Positions 28,477-39,483 of a stretch of 64,000 nt of DNA are shown one piece after another. How positions within the stretch are numbered: the stretch's first letter is position 1; each line of letters opens with the position of its first letter. A program made the position numbers and the translations under genes. The notes below the pieces were generated by a model. It worked only from the letters and a program-made list of their open reading frames with translations, made no database searches and was not told the origin of the DNA. The stretch comes from Opitutaceae bacterium (GTDB lineage Bacteria > Verrucomicrobiota > Verrucomicrobiia > Opitutales > Opitutaceae). The stretch spans positions 5,540-69,539 of the forward strand of contig JAHFTD010000003.1 in the NCBI GenBank assembly GCA_023269565.1. Direction: 5' to 3'.

Positions 28477-30174
28477 ATGTTCGCCGGCCACGATCCGATT
28501 ATCTGGGAGCTCCTCACCGAGCGGCAGGTGGTTAGCCGCGCCCAATTGGCTCGAGCCGTGGCTGAGCAGAGTGCCAGTGGGCAGCCGCTCGCCACCGTGC
28601 TGTGCGCGTTGGGGCTGGTCGATCCGCCCACCCTGTTCCGGGCCGTGGCGGATTATCTGGGCTGCGAATACCGGGAAGGAATCCCCGCCCTCCTGCCCGG
28701 CGAGCTGCTGGCCCGCCTCGACGCCCGTCTCGCGCACGCCTACGGCGTTGTTCCACTCGCGGCCGACCCGGGTTCGCTCACTCTGGGAGCGGTGGATCCC
28801 CTGACCCCCCAGCTCGTCGAGGATCTGACCTTCAGCCTCGGTTGCGAAATCCGGCTGGTGGTTGCCGACCCGGCACGCGTGCAGTTGCTCGTCAGGCAGC
28901 ATTACGGTGGTCAGCAGTCCGAGGGGAACGACGATCTGCTGGATGCGTTGCGCCGGCAGGCCAGCGCCATGCCCACCCTTGAAACGCTGTCCGATGCCGA
29001 TCTAGTCCAACTTGCCGGACAGGCGCCCATTGTCCGCTACGTCGATCAAGTCCTCAGCCAGGCGATCCGCGACCGGGCCTCGGACATTCATTTCGAGCCG
29101 TTCGAACGGGAGTTTAAGATCCGCTGCCGCATTGACGGCGCACTCCATGAGTTGGCCGCACCACCACTTGCTGTCACCCGGCCGGTCATCTCCCGTCTCA
29201 AGGTGCTCGCCGGTCTGAACATTGCCGAGAAGCGCCTGCCCCAGGACGGCCGCCTCAGGCTTACCGTGGCGGGGCGCGACGTCGATCTGCGCGTGTCCAC
29301 CCTCCCGACGCAGTTTGGCGAAAGCGTCGTGCTGCGCGTGCTCGACCAGTCAGCGGTCCGGCTGGAGCTCGACCAGCTGGGTCTGCCGGCGGGCATCCAC
29401 GCCGCCGTGCGCGACATCATCCTCCGGCCCAACGGCGTCTTCATCGTCACCGGCCCGACCGGCTCGGGCAAGACCACCACACTCTACAGCTGCCTGAAAA
29501 TTCTCAACACCACCGATGCCAAGCTGCTCACCGTCGAGGACCCCGTAGAGTATGAAATCGACGGCATCATGCAGGTGCCGGTGCATCCCGCCGCCGGGCT
29601 CGGTTTTGCCCGCGCGCTGCGTTCCTTCCTGCGCCAGGATCCCGATATCGTCATGGTCGGCGAGATTCGCGATCTCGAGACCGCCCAGATCGCCATCCAG
29701 GCGTCACTGACCGGTCACTTGGTGCTCACGACACTGCATACGAACGATGCCCCCGGAGCCATCACGCGGTTGGTCGATATAGGCGTGGAGCCTTTCCTGC
29801 TCGCCTCGACGATCGAAGGCGTGCTCGCCCAGCGGCTTGTCCGTCGGATTTGTCCGGAATGCCGGAAAACCCATGCCCCGACGGAAGTCCAACTGCAACT
29901 GGCGGGCATCGATCCGGCGGAGGTAATCGACCGGCCGTTCTATCGCGGCACCGGCTGCACGGCCTGCTTGCACACGGGCTACCAGGGACGGCTCGGGCTT
30001 TTTCAACTCATGCACATGACGGACGGAATCCGCGAGCTAGTCGTGACAGGTGCTTCCCACGCGCTATTGCGGCAGCGGGCGGCAGAACAGGGGATGACAC
30101 TGCTGCGCCCCGCCGGTCTGCAGGCGGTGCTCGACGGGCACACCACCATCGAGGAGGTCGTGAGATATACCTGA
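28477..30174 (+). CDS. GspE/PilB-family secretion/pilus assembly ATPase (copy 2)
   Basis: 565 aa. Same architecture as copy 1 (GPTGSGKTTTLY, EDPVEYE, LTGHLVLTTLHTND, CPEC..CTAC) but clearly diverged at both DNA and protein level. Confidence 0.9.
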   Translation: MFAGHDPIIWELLTERQVVSRAQLARAVAEQSASGQPLATVLCALGLVDPPTLFRAVADYLGCEYREGIPALLPGELLARLDARLAHAYGVVPLAADPGSLTLGAVDPLTPQLVEDLTFSLGCEIRLVVADPARVQLLVRQHYGGQQSEGNDDLLDALRRQASAMPTLETLSDADLVQLAGQAPIVRYVDQVLSQAIRDRASDIHFEPFEREFKIRCRIDGALHELAAPPLAVTRPVISRLKVLAGLNIAEKRLPQDGRLRLTVAGRDVDLRVSTLPTQFGESVVLRVLDQSAVRLELDQLGLPAGIHAAVRDIILRPNGVFIVTGPTGSGKTTTLYSCLKILNTTDAKLLTVEDPVEYEIDGIMQVPVHPAAGLGFARALRSFLRQDPDIVMVGEIRDLETAQIAIQASLTGHLVLTTLHTNDAPGAITRLVDIGVEPFLLASTIEGVLAQRLVRRICPECRKTHAPTEVQLQLAGIDPAEVIDRPFYRGTGCTACLHTGYQGRLGLFQLMHMTDGIRELVVTGASHALLRQRAAEQGMTLLRPAGLQAVLDGHTTIEEVVRYT

Positions 30175-30177
30175 CCG

Positions 30178-31413
30178 ATGCCGATCTACCATTACACTGC
30201 GATTGACGCTCACGGGTCGGAAACGGCCGGCCAGTTCGAGGCCGCCTCGGAAGAGCAGGCAGCTCGGCGGTTGAAGGCGCGGGGATTTTTCCTCAGCGAC
30301 CTTGCTGTAGTGCAGCCTCCGGCAGTTGCCACAGTGCCGCGCTCCCGGCAGTTGCGCTTGCCATTTCTAAGGCCGGTCAGTCCGAAGGAGCTTGCCGTCT
30401 TCACCCGACAGCTGGCGGTGCTGCTGCACGCGGGCATGCCGCTGCTGCGCGGTCTCGAGGTGTTGGCGAAGCAGGAGCGCAATCAGGCATTCCGCTGCAT
30501 TGTCGGGGAAATCGCCGGCACCATCCGCTCCGGCGGCTCGCTCTCCGATGCGCTGGCGGGGCACCCGCGCGTGTTCGACCGGCTGTTCGTGAACATGGTG
30601 AAGGCCGGCGAGGCGGGCGGTGCGCTCGACCTCGTGCTTGGGCGCCTGGCGCTCTTTCAAGAGCAAAGCCTGCGGCTTCGCGGCAAGGTCAGATCGGCGA
30701 TGGTATATCCGGTCATCGTCATGGCGGTCGCCGTGGCCATCCTCGCCGGGCTGCTGGTGTTTGTGGTGCCGAGGTTCCAGCAGATCTTCGCTGACCTTCT
30801 GAAAGGTGCGCCGCTGCCGCCGCTGACCCAGTTCGTTCTCACCGTCAGCGCTGCCGTGAAAAGCCACTACCTCCTCGCGCTGGGCGTCGGCTTCGGAGTG
30901 TGGTTCGCGTTCAAGGCATTAAAGCGCACTACGCTCGGGGAGCGCGTCTACGGCACGCTCGTGATTACGCTGCCGCCCTTCGGCGAACTGATCCTCAAAG
31001 CCATCGTGGCGCGGTTCAGTCGCACGCTCGGCACGCTGCTGGCGAGCGGTGTGCCCATCCTGCCGGCGCTGATCATCGTGCGCGATACTTGCGGCAACGC
31101 CCGCGTGACAGGCGCGCTGGGATATGTGCACGACCGGGTGAAGGAAGGCGACCCAGTCGCCCGTTCACTCGAGACAACTCAGGTCTTTCCCGGCATGGTG
31201 ACCAGCATGATCGACGTCGGCGAGCACACCGGCCGGCTGCCGGAGATGCTCGGCAAGATTGCTGACATCTATGACGAGGAGGTGGACAACGCCGTCGCCG
31301 GACTCAGCTCGCTCATCGAGCCCATCCTCATCGTGTTCCTCGCCGTCATCGTCGGCACGATTGTCATCGCGCTCTTCCTGCCGATCATCCGCATCGTGCA
31401 GCTGCTGACATGA
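30178..31413 (+). CDS. GspF/PilC-family inner-membrane platform protein
   Basis: 411 aa. Starts 3 nt after copy-2 ATPase. Two T2SSF repeats (FTRQLAVLLHAGMPLLRGLEVL; FSRTLGTLLASGVPILPALII) and three TM segments. Confidence 0.9.
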   Translation: MPIYHYTAIDAHGSETAGQFEAASEEQAARRLKARGFFLSDLAVVQPPAVATVPRSRQLRLPFLRPVSPKELAVFTRQLAVLLHAGMPLLRGLEVLAKQERNQAFRCIVGEIAGTIRSGGSLSDALAGHPRVFDRLFVNMVKAGEAGGALDLVLGRLALFQEQSLRLRGKVRSAMVYPVIVMAVAVAILAGLLVFVVPRFQQIFADLLKGAPLPPLTQFVLTVSAAVKSHYLLALGVGFGVWFAFKALKRTTLGERVYGTLVITLPPFGELILKAIVARFSRTLGTLLASGVPILPALIIVRDTCGNARVTGALGYVHDRVKEGDPVARSLETTQVFPGMVTSMIDVGEHTGRLPEMLGKIADIYDEEVDNAVAGLSSLIEPILIVFLAVIVGTIVIALFLPIIRIVQLLT

Positions 31414-31428
31414 TGCTTTACGCAGAAA

Positions 31429-32418
31429 TTACTTCTGCGGTTTCGTGAGCAATATTGCGGCACTCAAACCGAGATGTTTCTCGGAGAACTCGTCGCCTTC
31501 ACCGGCCTGCCGGAGGAGACGCTGGACCATGCCCATCTTGGCGTCGAGATTGTCGACCAAGGCGACAAAGACGGCCTCGGGCGTAGCGGCCATCACGGCC
31601 GCGCCCCATTCGAGTTCGCCCTGGTGGCTGAGGATGATGTGTTCGAGGCGCTCGAGCAGGTCGGCGTTAAGCTTGGCCTTGAGGCCGGCTTTGCGCGCCA
31701 GTTGGTATCCGAGGACGACATGGCCCTGCAGGATGCCCTTCCGGCTGCGCGTCGTGACAAGGGCGCCCTGGTATTCGCTGACCTTGCCGGTGTCGTGCAG
31801 GAGGATGCCGGCCATGGCGAGGTCGGCATCGACCTCGGGGTAGAGCGGCAGCAGCGCGCGGCAGGCGCGCGCCATCCGGCAGGTATGCTCTAGCAGTCCG
31901 TGCCGGTAAGCATGATGCATGGCGATGGCGGCCGGTGCGGAGCGAAACTGTTCGCCGATCTCATCGAAGACCGCCTGGACGGTCGCGCGCAGTTCGGCGT
32001 GCTGGATGAAGGCGATGTGTTCCTGGAACTCGGTCCAGAGTTTATCGGGATCCTCGGGAGCGACTTCGACGAGGTTGGCGATGACTGGCGAACCGGCGAG
32101 CTGCTCGGGGGTGAGGGCGTCGGCGCGGAGGATTTTCGGGGAAAGCTTGCCCTGATAGTAGTCAACGCGGCCTTCGACGCGGAGGATGCCGCCTTCGCCG
32201 ACGGACTTGATGAGCTCGAAGGTCGGACTGTCGCTGAAGCTGGTGAAGTTGAACGAGCCGGTCTTGTCGCCGAGTTCAACGGAGAGGTAGGGGTTGTCGT
32301 TCTTGGCAGTGCGGGCCGTAATGCGCTTGACGAGCAGCACGCTGGCGAAGGTGTCGCCGCTCTCGCGGCCAAGGGCCTTGATTTCACGGACGGTGAGCGG
32401 GGTGAGGAGTTCGGCCAT
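31429..32418 (-). CDS. OB-fold + HD-domain phosphohydrolase (YhaM-like 3'-5' exoribonuclease family)
   Basis: 329 aa. N-terminal OB fold (YLSVELGDKTGSFNFTSF), HD domain (HHAYRHGLLEHT, AGILLHDTGKV). Confidence 0.8.
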   Translation of the reverse strand: MAELLTPLTVREIKALGRESGDTFASVLLVKRITARTAKNDNPYLSVELGDKTGSFNFTSFSDSPTFELIKSVGEGGILRVEGRVDYYQGKLSPKILRADALTPEQLAGSPVIANLVEVAPEDPDKLWTEFQEHIAFIQHAELRATVQAVFDEIGEQFRSAPAAIAMHHAYRHGLLEHTCRMARACRALLPLYPEVDADLAMAGILLHDTGKVSEYQGALVTTRSRKGILQGHVVLGYQLARKAGLKAKLNADLLERLEHIILSHQGELEWGAAVMAATPEAVFVALVDNLDAKMGMVQRLLRQAGEGDEFSEKHLGLSAAILLTKPQK

Positions 32419-32528
32419 GGTCAGACGGGTGGGGGTCAGTGAGATGAGGCGGATGGGGTGAAGGAGGGACGGGCGCGGCGCAATTTGCTAGCGTTCACGC
32501 CCCCGCCCAGTAAACAAGAAAACAATTC

Positions 32529-33071
32529 ATGGAACTCACTCTGCAGCCGCTCGCCTCAGTCTGTGACGTCACAGGCCGGGCGTTTCGGGAGGGCAACCGG
32601 GTGGTCAGTTACCTCGGACGGGAGGCTAATGGAGAAATCATTCGGCGCGATCTGCTGGAGAGCGAGGATGGCCAGATGACGCAGTCGACCGTGATATTTT
32701 GCCGCTGGGTGACGCAGTTCAAGCCGAAGCCGCCGGAGGCCAACCCCGAACGCGCGCTCAAGCTGACCGCAGAAAATCTCTTTCTGACGCTGGCCGATCC
32801 TGCCGCTGAACGCAGTGAGGCGAACACGCCGCTGCTGCAATTCCTCACACTGATGCTGGAACGCAAGAAGCTCGTCAAGCCGCGCGGCCTAACCGAGGAC
32901 GGCGCACGGCGGATTTACGAGCACATGCCCAGTCACCAATTCTACGAGGTGCCGGCGGGCACGCTCGACGAAGCATTTTTCCGGCGCATTCGGGAGCAAT
33001 TGGGTGTGTTGGTCGGCGAACCGAAGGTGAAGTCCGCACCAGTCGCCGCCGCGCCGGTTTCGCCGGCATGA
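32529..33071 (+). CDS. hypothetical protein
   Basis: 180 aa with coding-like GC3. No motif recognised. Confidence 0.55.
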   Translation: MELTLQPLASVCDVTGRAFREGNRVVSYLGREANGEIIRRDLLESEDGQMTQSTVIFCRWVTQFKPKPPEANPERALKLTAENLFLTLADPAAERSEANTPLLQFLTLMLERKKLVKPRGLTEDGARRIYEHMPSHQFYEVPAGTLDEAFFRRIREQLGVLVGEPKVKSAPVAAAPVSPA

Positions 33072-33118
33072 AAATATTCCGTGAGGGCGAAGCCTGATTT
33101 CCGTGAAGCCGGCCGTGC

Positions 33119-34876
33119 TCAGGCCTCGACCATCGTGATGTCGGGCTCGAAGCTGACGGCGAGCCGATAGACCTGGCCGGGCCGCATGATAAGCGGGTGG
33201 TCGCGCACGAACATCTGCACGTAGTGGAGCTTGCCGAAATTGGTGCGGTAGTTCGGGTCGGCGCTGACCACCTCGGTCTCCAGCCAGTTGGCTTGGAAGT
33301 CGTCCTTGAGGATGGAGCAACGGGGGCCGAGCGGCCCGAGGGTGGGTGAAGTGCCGAGCCGGTATCGCGAGTGCGGCGCGCCGATGACGAGCGCGAAGCG
33401 GAACTTGTCGAGCTGCACCTGGTTCTTGACCGTGTAGGCGAACTCGGCGGTGATTTTGGGACCGGCAAAGCTCCACTGGACCTTCACACTGCCGACATTG
33501 CGGACGAGTTCCTCCTTCGTATTGATGAACTCGGGCTGCTCGTAGCGGAAGAAGAAGGAGTTCTTGAGGCCGAGGCCGGTGACACATTTCTGGCCGTAAA
33601 AGCCGGGCACGCAGACGTGCTCGCCGATGGTGAGCTCAGGCACCATGACCGGCAGATAAAAATTGTTCGGCCAGTCAAAGACGCCGGGGCTGTGCGGGAA
33701 AGGCAGGCTGTCGGCGGTCGGCGTGCCGCCGGCGCTGACGAGCGGGAGCTGGATGTGGAGCCCCGATTCGGCGTCGCGGTAGAGGAACAGGCCCTGCTCC
33801 TTGCGGTTGGACTTGTCGTAGATGACAAAGCGGCCGGAGGTGCGCGTGGGTTCGGCCTTGCCGGTGTCCTGCATGTTGACGGCCTTGGCGAGACGCGCCC
33901 ATTGGCAGAGATAGCGGGCGGCGTCGAAATTGGCCATGCGGGTGGTGTGCGTGGCGTAGGCGGTGCGCTCGTCGTCGCGGACGACAAGATAACCGTGTTC
34001 CTGGTCGAGGAAGGTCTGGAAGAAAAAATAGAACAGGCGGCGGAGGATGTCGAAATAGCGCTGGCGCTGGTCGTCGGGGATCCAACCGTCGCGCATGCCT
34101 TGCAGGATGAGACTAATGCAGTGCATCTGGCCGTAGGCACCGGCGGCGCGGCCATAGGCCCAGCCGAGGCCGTCGGCCCGCACGAGGTCGGGCATCATCT
34201 TGATGTATTTTTCGGCGTAGGTGCGGAGGGTGGGGAGCTTGCGCTCGCGCAGGGCAGCGTTGGCATGGAGCGAGAGGGCGGAACGCACGAAGACGAGCGT
34301 CATCACACCGTAGAGATTGAAATGCCCCCCGAATCCTTTCTCGGCATCGTCGAAGAAGCCGCTGGAGCTGGTCTGCTCGATACGCTCGGCCAGGCGCTCG
34401 ATGAGACGGGAGGTTTCGTCCTTCTTGGAGAGGCCGAGGCTGTAGCGGCAGACGGCCTTGGCGATGTTGAAGGCCTGCCAGTAGTTGTCGTAGTCGCTGC
34501 GGTTGAGCAGAAGCTTGTCGAGGTGCTGGCGGGTTTCCTCCACGAGGCGTTCCCAGACGGGGTTGCGCTCCTTGGACGGGCCGAAGGAGAGGAGGCCGAG
34601 CGAGGCGTAGGCGAGGCCGTTCTCGCCGGGAGGCTCGGTGAAGGCCTGCGCGGTGACGCAGCGGGCAGCGAGGTCGATGAGGTCGTAGTCCTTGAGGGTG
34701 GTTTCGCCGGTGGCGCGATAGTATTCGCCGAGCGCGAAGGCGACATGGCCGGGCTCGTCGGAGCGGGGGCTCTCGCCGGGCATGGGCGTGACGGTGCCGT
34801 CGGGATTGATCGAGTCAAGATTGTGGCCCAAGAGGGAGCGGGCCATATCGAGACATTGCTCGGAGAAACTGTTCAT
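33119..34876 (-). CDS. hypothetical cytoplasmic protein (helical N-terminal half, beta-rich C-terminal half)
   Basis: 585 aa with no signal peptide and strong coding bias. The shape is loosely reminiscent of alpha/alpha-toroid plus beta-sandwich enzymes, but no family was recognised. Confidence 0.7.
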   Translation of the reverse strand: MNSFSEQCLDMARSLLGHNLDSINPDGTVTPMPGESPRSDEPGHVAFALGEYYRATGETTLKDYDLIDLAARCVTAQAFTEPPGENGLAYASLGLLSFGPSKERNPVWERLVEETRQHLDKLLLNRSDYDNYWQAFNIAKAVCRYSLGLSKKDETSRLIERLAERIEQTSSSGFFDDAEKGFGGHFNLYGVMTLVFVRSALSLHANAALRERKLPTLRTYAEKYIKMMPDLVRADGLGWAYGRAAGAYGQMHCISLILQGMRDGWIPDDQRQRYFDILRRLFYFFFQTFLDQEHGYLVVRDDERTAYATHTTRMANFDAARYLCQWARLAKAVNMQDTGKAEPTRTSGRFVIYDKSNRKEQGLFLYRDAESGLHIQLPLVSAGGTPTADSLPFPHSPGVFDWPNNFYLPVMVPELTIGEHVCVPGFYGQKCVTGLGLKNSFFFRYEQPEFINTKEELVRNVGSVKVQWSFAGPKITAEFAYTVKNQVQLDKFRFALVIGAPHSRYRLGTSPTLGPLGPRCSILKDDFQANWLETEVVSADPNYRTNFGKLHYVQMFVRDHPLIMRPGQVYRLAVSFEPDITMVEA

Positions 34877-34929
34877 TCGGCTGGGCTAAAAAGTTTGCAG
34901 GTGAAGGTAAAAGAGGAGCAAGCGCGAAG

Positions 34930-36105
34930 TCACCGGGCGATGAGCTTGAGAAATTCGTCGTTGGTTTTGGTCTTGGTCAGGCGGGCGACCATGGTCTCGG
35001 TGGCTTCCTCGATGCGCTGCTGCACAAGGGCGCGGCGGAAAAAATGGATGCCCTCGAGTTTCTTGGCGTCGATAAGCATCTCCTCCTTGCGGGTGCCCGA
35101 GGCGGCGACATTGATGGCGGGCCAGATACGCATCTCGGCGCATTTGCGGTCGAGGACGAGCTCCATGTTGCCGGTGCCCTTGAATTCCTGGAAGATAATT
35201 TCATCCATCCGGCTGCCGGTATCCACCAGAATGGAGGCGATGATGGTGAGACTGCCGCCGTCCTCGGTGTTGCGGGCGGCGGCAAAGAGCTGCCGAGGCT
35301 TTTCAAGCGCACGGACGTCGAGGCCGCCGGTGCCGGTGCGGCCGGAGTTGCGCTGGGTGTTGTGGGCGCGGGCGAGCCGGGTGAGCGAGTCGAGGAGCAA
35401 CACGACATCCTTGCCGGCCTCGACGAGGCGCTTGGCGCGCTCGATGCAAAGATCAGCGATGCGGACGTGGTTCTCGACTGTCTCGTCGTTGGACGAGGCC
35501 CAGACCTCGGCGGGCACACTGCGCTTGAAATCGGTGACTTCTTCCGGGCGCTCGTCCACGAGGAGAATCATGACGTGGCACTCGGGATGGTTTTCGAGAA
35601 CGCCAAGGGCGATGTCTCGGAGCATGGTGGTCTTCCCGGTGCGGGGCGGGGCGACAATGAGTCCGCGGGTGCCCTTGCCGATGGGGCAAAAAAGGTCGAT
35701 GACGCGCGTGGTCATGCGTCCGTCCTTCATCTCGAGCCGGAGCATCTCGTCGGGCGTGATGGTCGTCAGGTTGACGAAATCGATGGCGAGGCGGCGGGCG
35801 TCGACCTCCATGCCGTCGACCTTCTCGATGAAGCGCACCTTGGGATTCGGGAAGCGCGGATCGGGTGTCGCTTGGGCGGCGAGGATGCTGCCCTGCTGCA
35901 GTTTAAAGCGGCGGATGAGTTCGCGCGGCACAAACGGGTCGGTGGGCCGGCGCTTGCCGTGGCGGGCGAGATCGAGCAACTGGCCGTTGCGGGTGTTGTC
36001 AATATCGAGGATGCCCTCAATGTGGATGCTGCTTTCCGGCGGCGCGGAGGGAAGCGAGGGGGCCGGCGAGGCTTCGGATGCTGCGGGCTGATGATCTTTA
36101 TCCAT
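34930..36105 (-). CDS. Rho paralog (short form lacking N-terminal helix bundle)
   Basis: 391 aa. OB-like region (IEGILDIDNTRNGQLLD), [45 protein letters not shown]. Clearly homologous to the rho at 23803 but diverged. Confidence 0.88.
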   Translation of the reverse strand: MDKDHQPAASEASPAPSLPSAPPESSIHIEGILDIDNTRNGQLLDLARHGKRRPTDPFVPRELIRRFKLQQGSILAAQATPDPRFPNPKVRFIEKVDGMEVDARRLAIDFVNLTTITPDEMLRLEMKDGRMTTRVIDLFCPIGKGTRGLIVAPPRTGKTTMLRDIALGVLENHPECHVMILLVDERPEEVTDFKRSVPAEVWASSNDETVENHVRIADLCIERAKRLVEAGKDVVLLLDSLTRLARAHNTQRNSGRTGTGGLDVRALEKPRQLFAAARNTEDGGSLTIIASILVDTGSRMDEIIFQEFKGTGNMELVLDRKCAEMRIWPAINVAASGTRKEEMLIDAKKLEGIHFFRRALVQQRIEEATETMVARLTKTKTNDEFLKLIAR

Positions 36106-36202
36106 ACAAAAATAGGTTGGTGCAGCTGCCGAGACTTGACCGCTAAATCCATCAGGGGCATTAGAACCTGATTAAGTCTCAACCCCAAACGAGGAGAAAC
36201 CT

Positions 36203-38164
<1,962 letters not shown>

Positions 38165-38206
38165 TCCAATCTCCTCAACCGCAGGGGGCCAGACTGCGCC
38201 GCACGC

Positions 38207-38836
38207 ATGGCCCATCGCTATACTTCCACCGGACAAAGCCCGGCCCGGGCAAAAACACCGGGTGCCTTTACGCTGCTCGAAATCCTGACGGTGCTGGCTA
38301 TTCTCACGGTGCTCGGCGGTCTGTTGCTCGGAGTAGGACGACGGGCGGGAGAGTCGGCGAAGAGCGCCCGCGCCAGGGTTGAGCTCGCCACATTTTCCGC
38401 CGCGTTGGAGACCTACCGGCGGCTTTACGGTGACTACCCGCAGGTTCTCTCCGACCGCTCGTTCGCAGAGACTGCTTCCGGCGAAAATCTCTACGCGGCG
38501 CTCAATGGGCAGCGCGGCCCAGTGGGTGGCACGGGATATTTTGCGCAGCAACAGCGCGTGTTGGTGCAAAAAGCGCGGCTGACCATGGCTGCGCCAGCGG
38601 CGGCGGACACAGCCAGCAATTATTTCCTTGATCCCTGGGGTAATCCCTACCGTTACGCCTACGGCACAGCGGCCGGGGGATGGAAGAATGCCGCCTTTGT
38701 TCTTTTCTCCGCCGGGCCCGACGGCGAAGCCCTGCTGCCCACACCGGACGATGGTATAATTTCCCCGGCTTACGATGCCGTCCTGCAGGACGGCCGTCCG
38801 GTGAACGCCGACAACCTTTACGCAAACCGCGACTGA
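38207..38836 (+). CDS. gspG: type II secretion major pseudopilin GspG-like
   Basis: 209 aa. Prepilin leader then FTLLEILTVLAIL. GspG hallmarks DPWGNPYRYAY and LFSAGPDG. Confidence 0.85.
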   Translation: MAHRYTSTGQSPARAKTPGAFTLLEILTVLAILTVLGGLLLGVGRRAGESAKSARARVELATFSAALETYRRLYGDYPQVLSDRSFAETASGENLYAALNGQRGPVGGTGYFAQQQRVLVQKARLTMAAPAAADTASNYFLDPWGNPYRYAYGTAAGGWKNAAFVLFSAGPDGEALLPTPDDGIISPAYDAVLQDGRPVNADNLYANRD

Positions 38837-38838
38837 CG

Positions 38839-39483
38839 ATGCCAACGCGCCGCACCGCCTTTACCCTTTTGGAACTCCTCGCGGTCATTGCAGTGATCGG
38901 AATTCTGGCTGCGATACTCTTCCCTGGCATCCGCGCCGCGCGGGTGGCCGCGGGCAAGGCGAGGACTCGCGTCCAGTTCAGCCAGTGGACCGCCGCAATC
39001 GAGGCTTTCCGCAGTGAATACGGCTACTACCCAGCTTTCCACGCCTCGGGACTCGTCAATCCGCCGGGGCAGAACAGCGATCCAGCGTCGCTGCATCTTT
39101 TCCATGATGTGTTGGCGGCCAAACGCCGCGACGGTTCCGTGCTGCCTGTCTATGCGTCCGGCGCGGATCCACAGTATCCCGAGGCGCAGAATCGCAAGCT
39201 CATCGGGTTTTATGTCTTCTCCGAGTCGGACTTCTCTGAATCTGCCTTCCTGCGCGACGCCTTCGGCAACACAGAAATCGCGATCCTGGTGGACAAGAAC
39301 CTCGACGGGGTCGTCCGCATCGGCGGAGATTCGGGCGATTATTCCGTTCTACCCGCCGTCGGTGGCCTGACTCCGGCAAGCGCGGATATTCCGACCGGCG
39401 GAATCAAGGCCGGAGTGATTTTCTACGCGCCCGCGCCGGCAGCCACCGCGGCGATGCCCGCATTCCTCTTCAGTTGGAAATGA
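38839..39483 (+). CDS. prepilin-type N-terminal cleavage/methylation domain protein (pseudopilin)
   Basis: ORF trimmed to the ATG at 38839 (MPTRRTAFTLLELLAVIAVIGILAAIL), 2 nt after the gspG stop. Confidence 0.8.
   Translation: MPTRRTAFTLLELLAVIAVIGILAAILFPGIRAARVAAGKARTRVQFSQWTAAIEAFRSEYGYYPAFHASGLVNPPGQNSDPASLHLFHDVLAAKRRDGSVLPVYASGADPQYPEAQNRKLIGFYVFSESDFSESAFLRDAFGNTEIAILVDKNLDGVVRIGGDSGDYSVLPAVGGLTPASADIPTGGIKAGVIFYAPAPAATAAMPAFLFSWK

Noticed and set aside
33371-36091. 906-aa ORF on the + strand, the longest ORF in the track
   Set aside because: It runs antisense across two well-supported minus-strand genes, the 585-aa protein and the Rho paralog. Its sequence is Ala/Gly/Arg/Val low-complexity with no motifs. 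This is a typical stop-free antisense frame in high-GC DNA.
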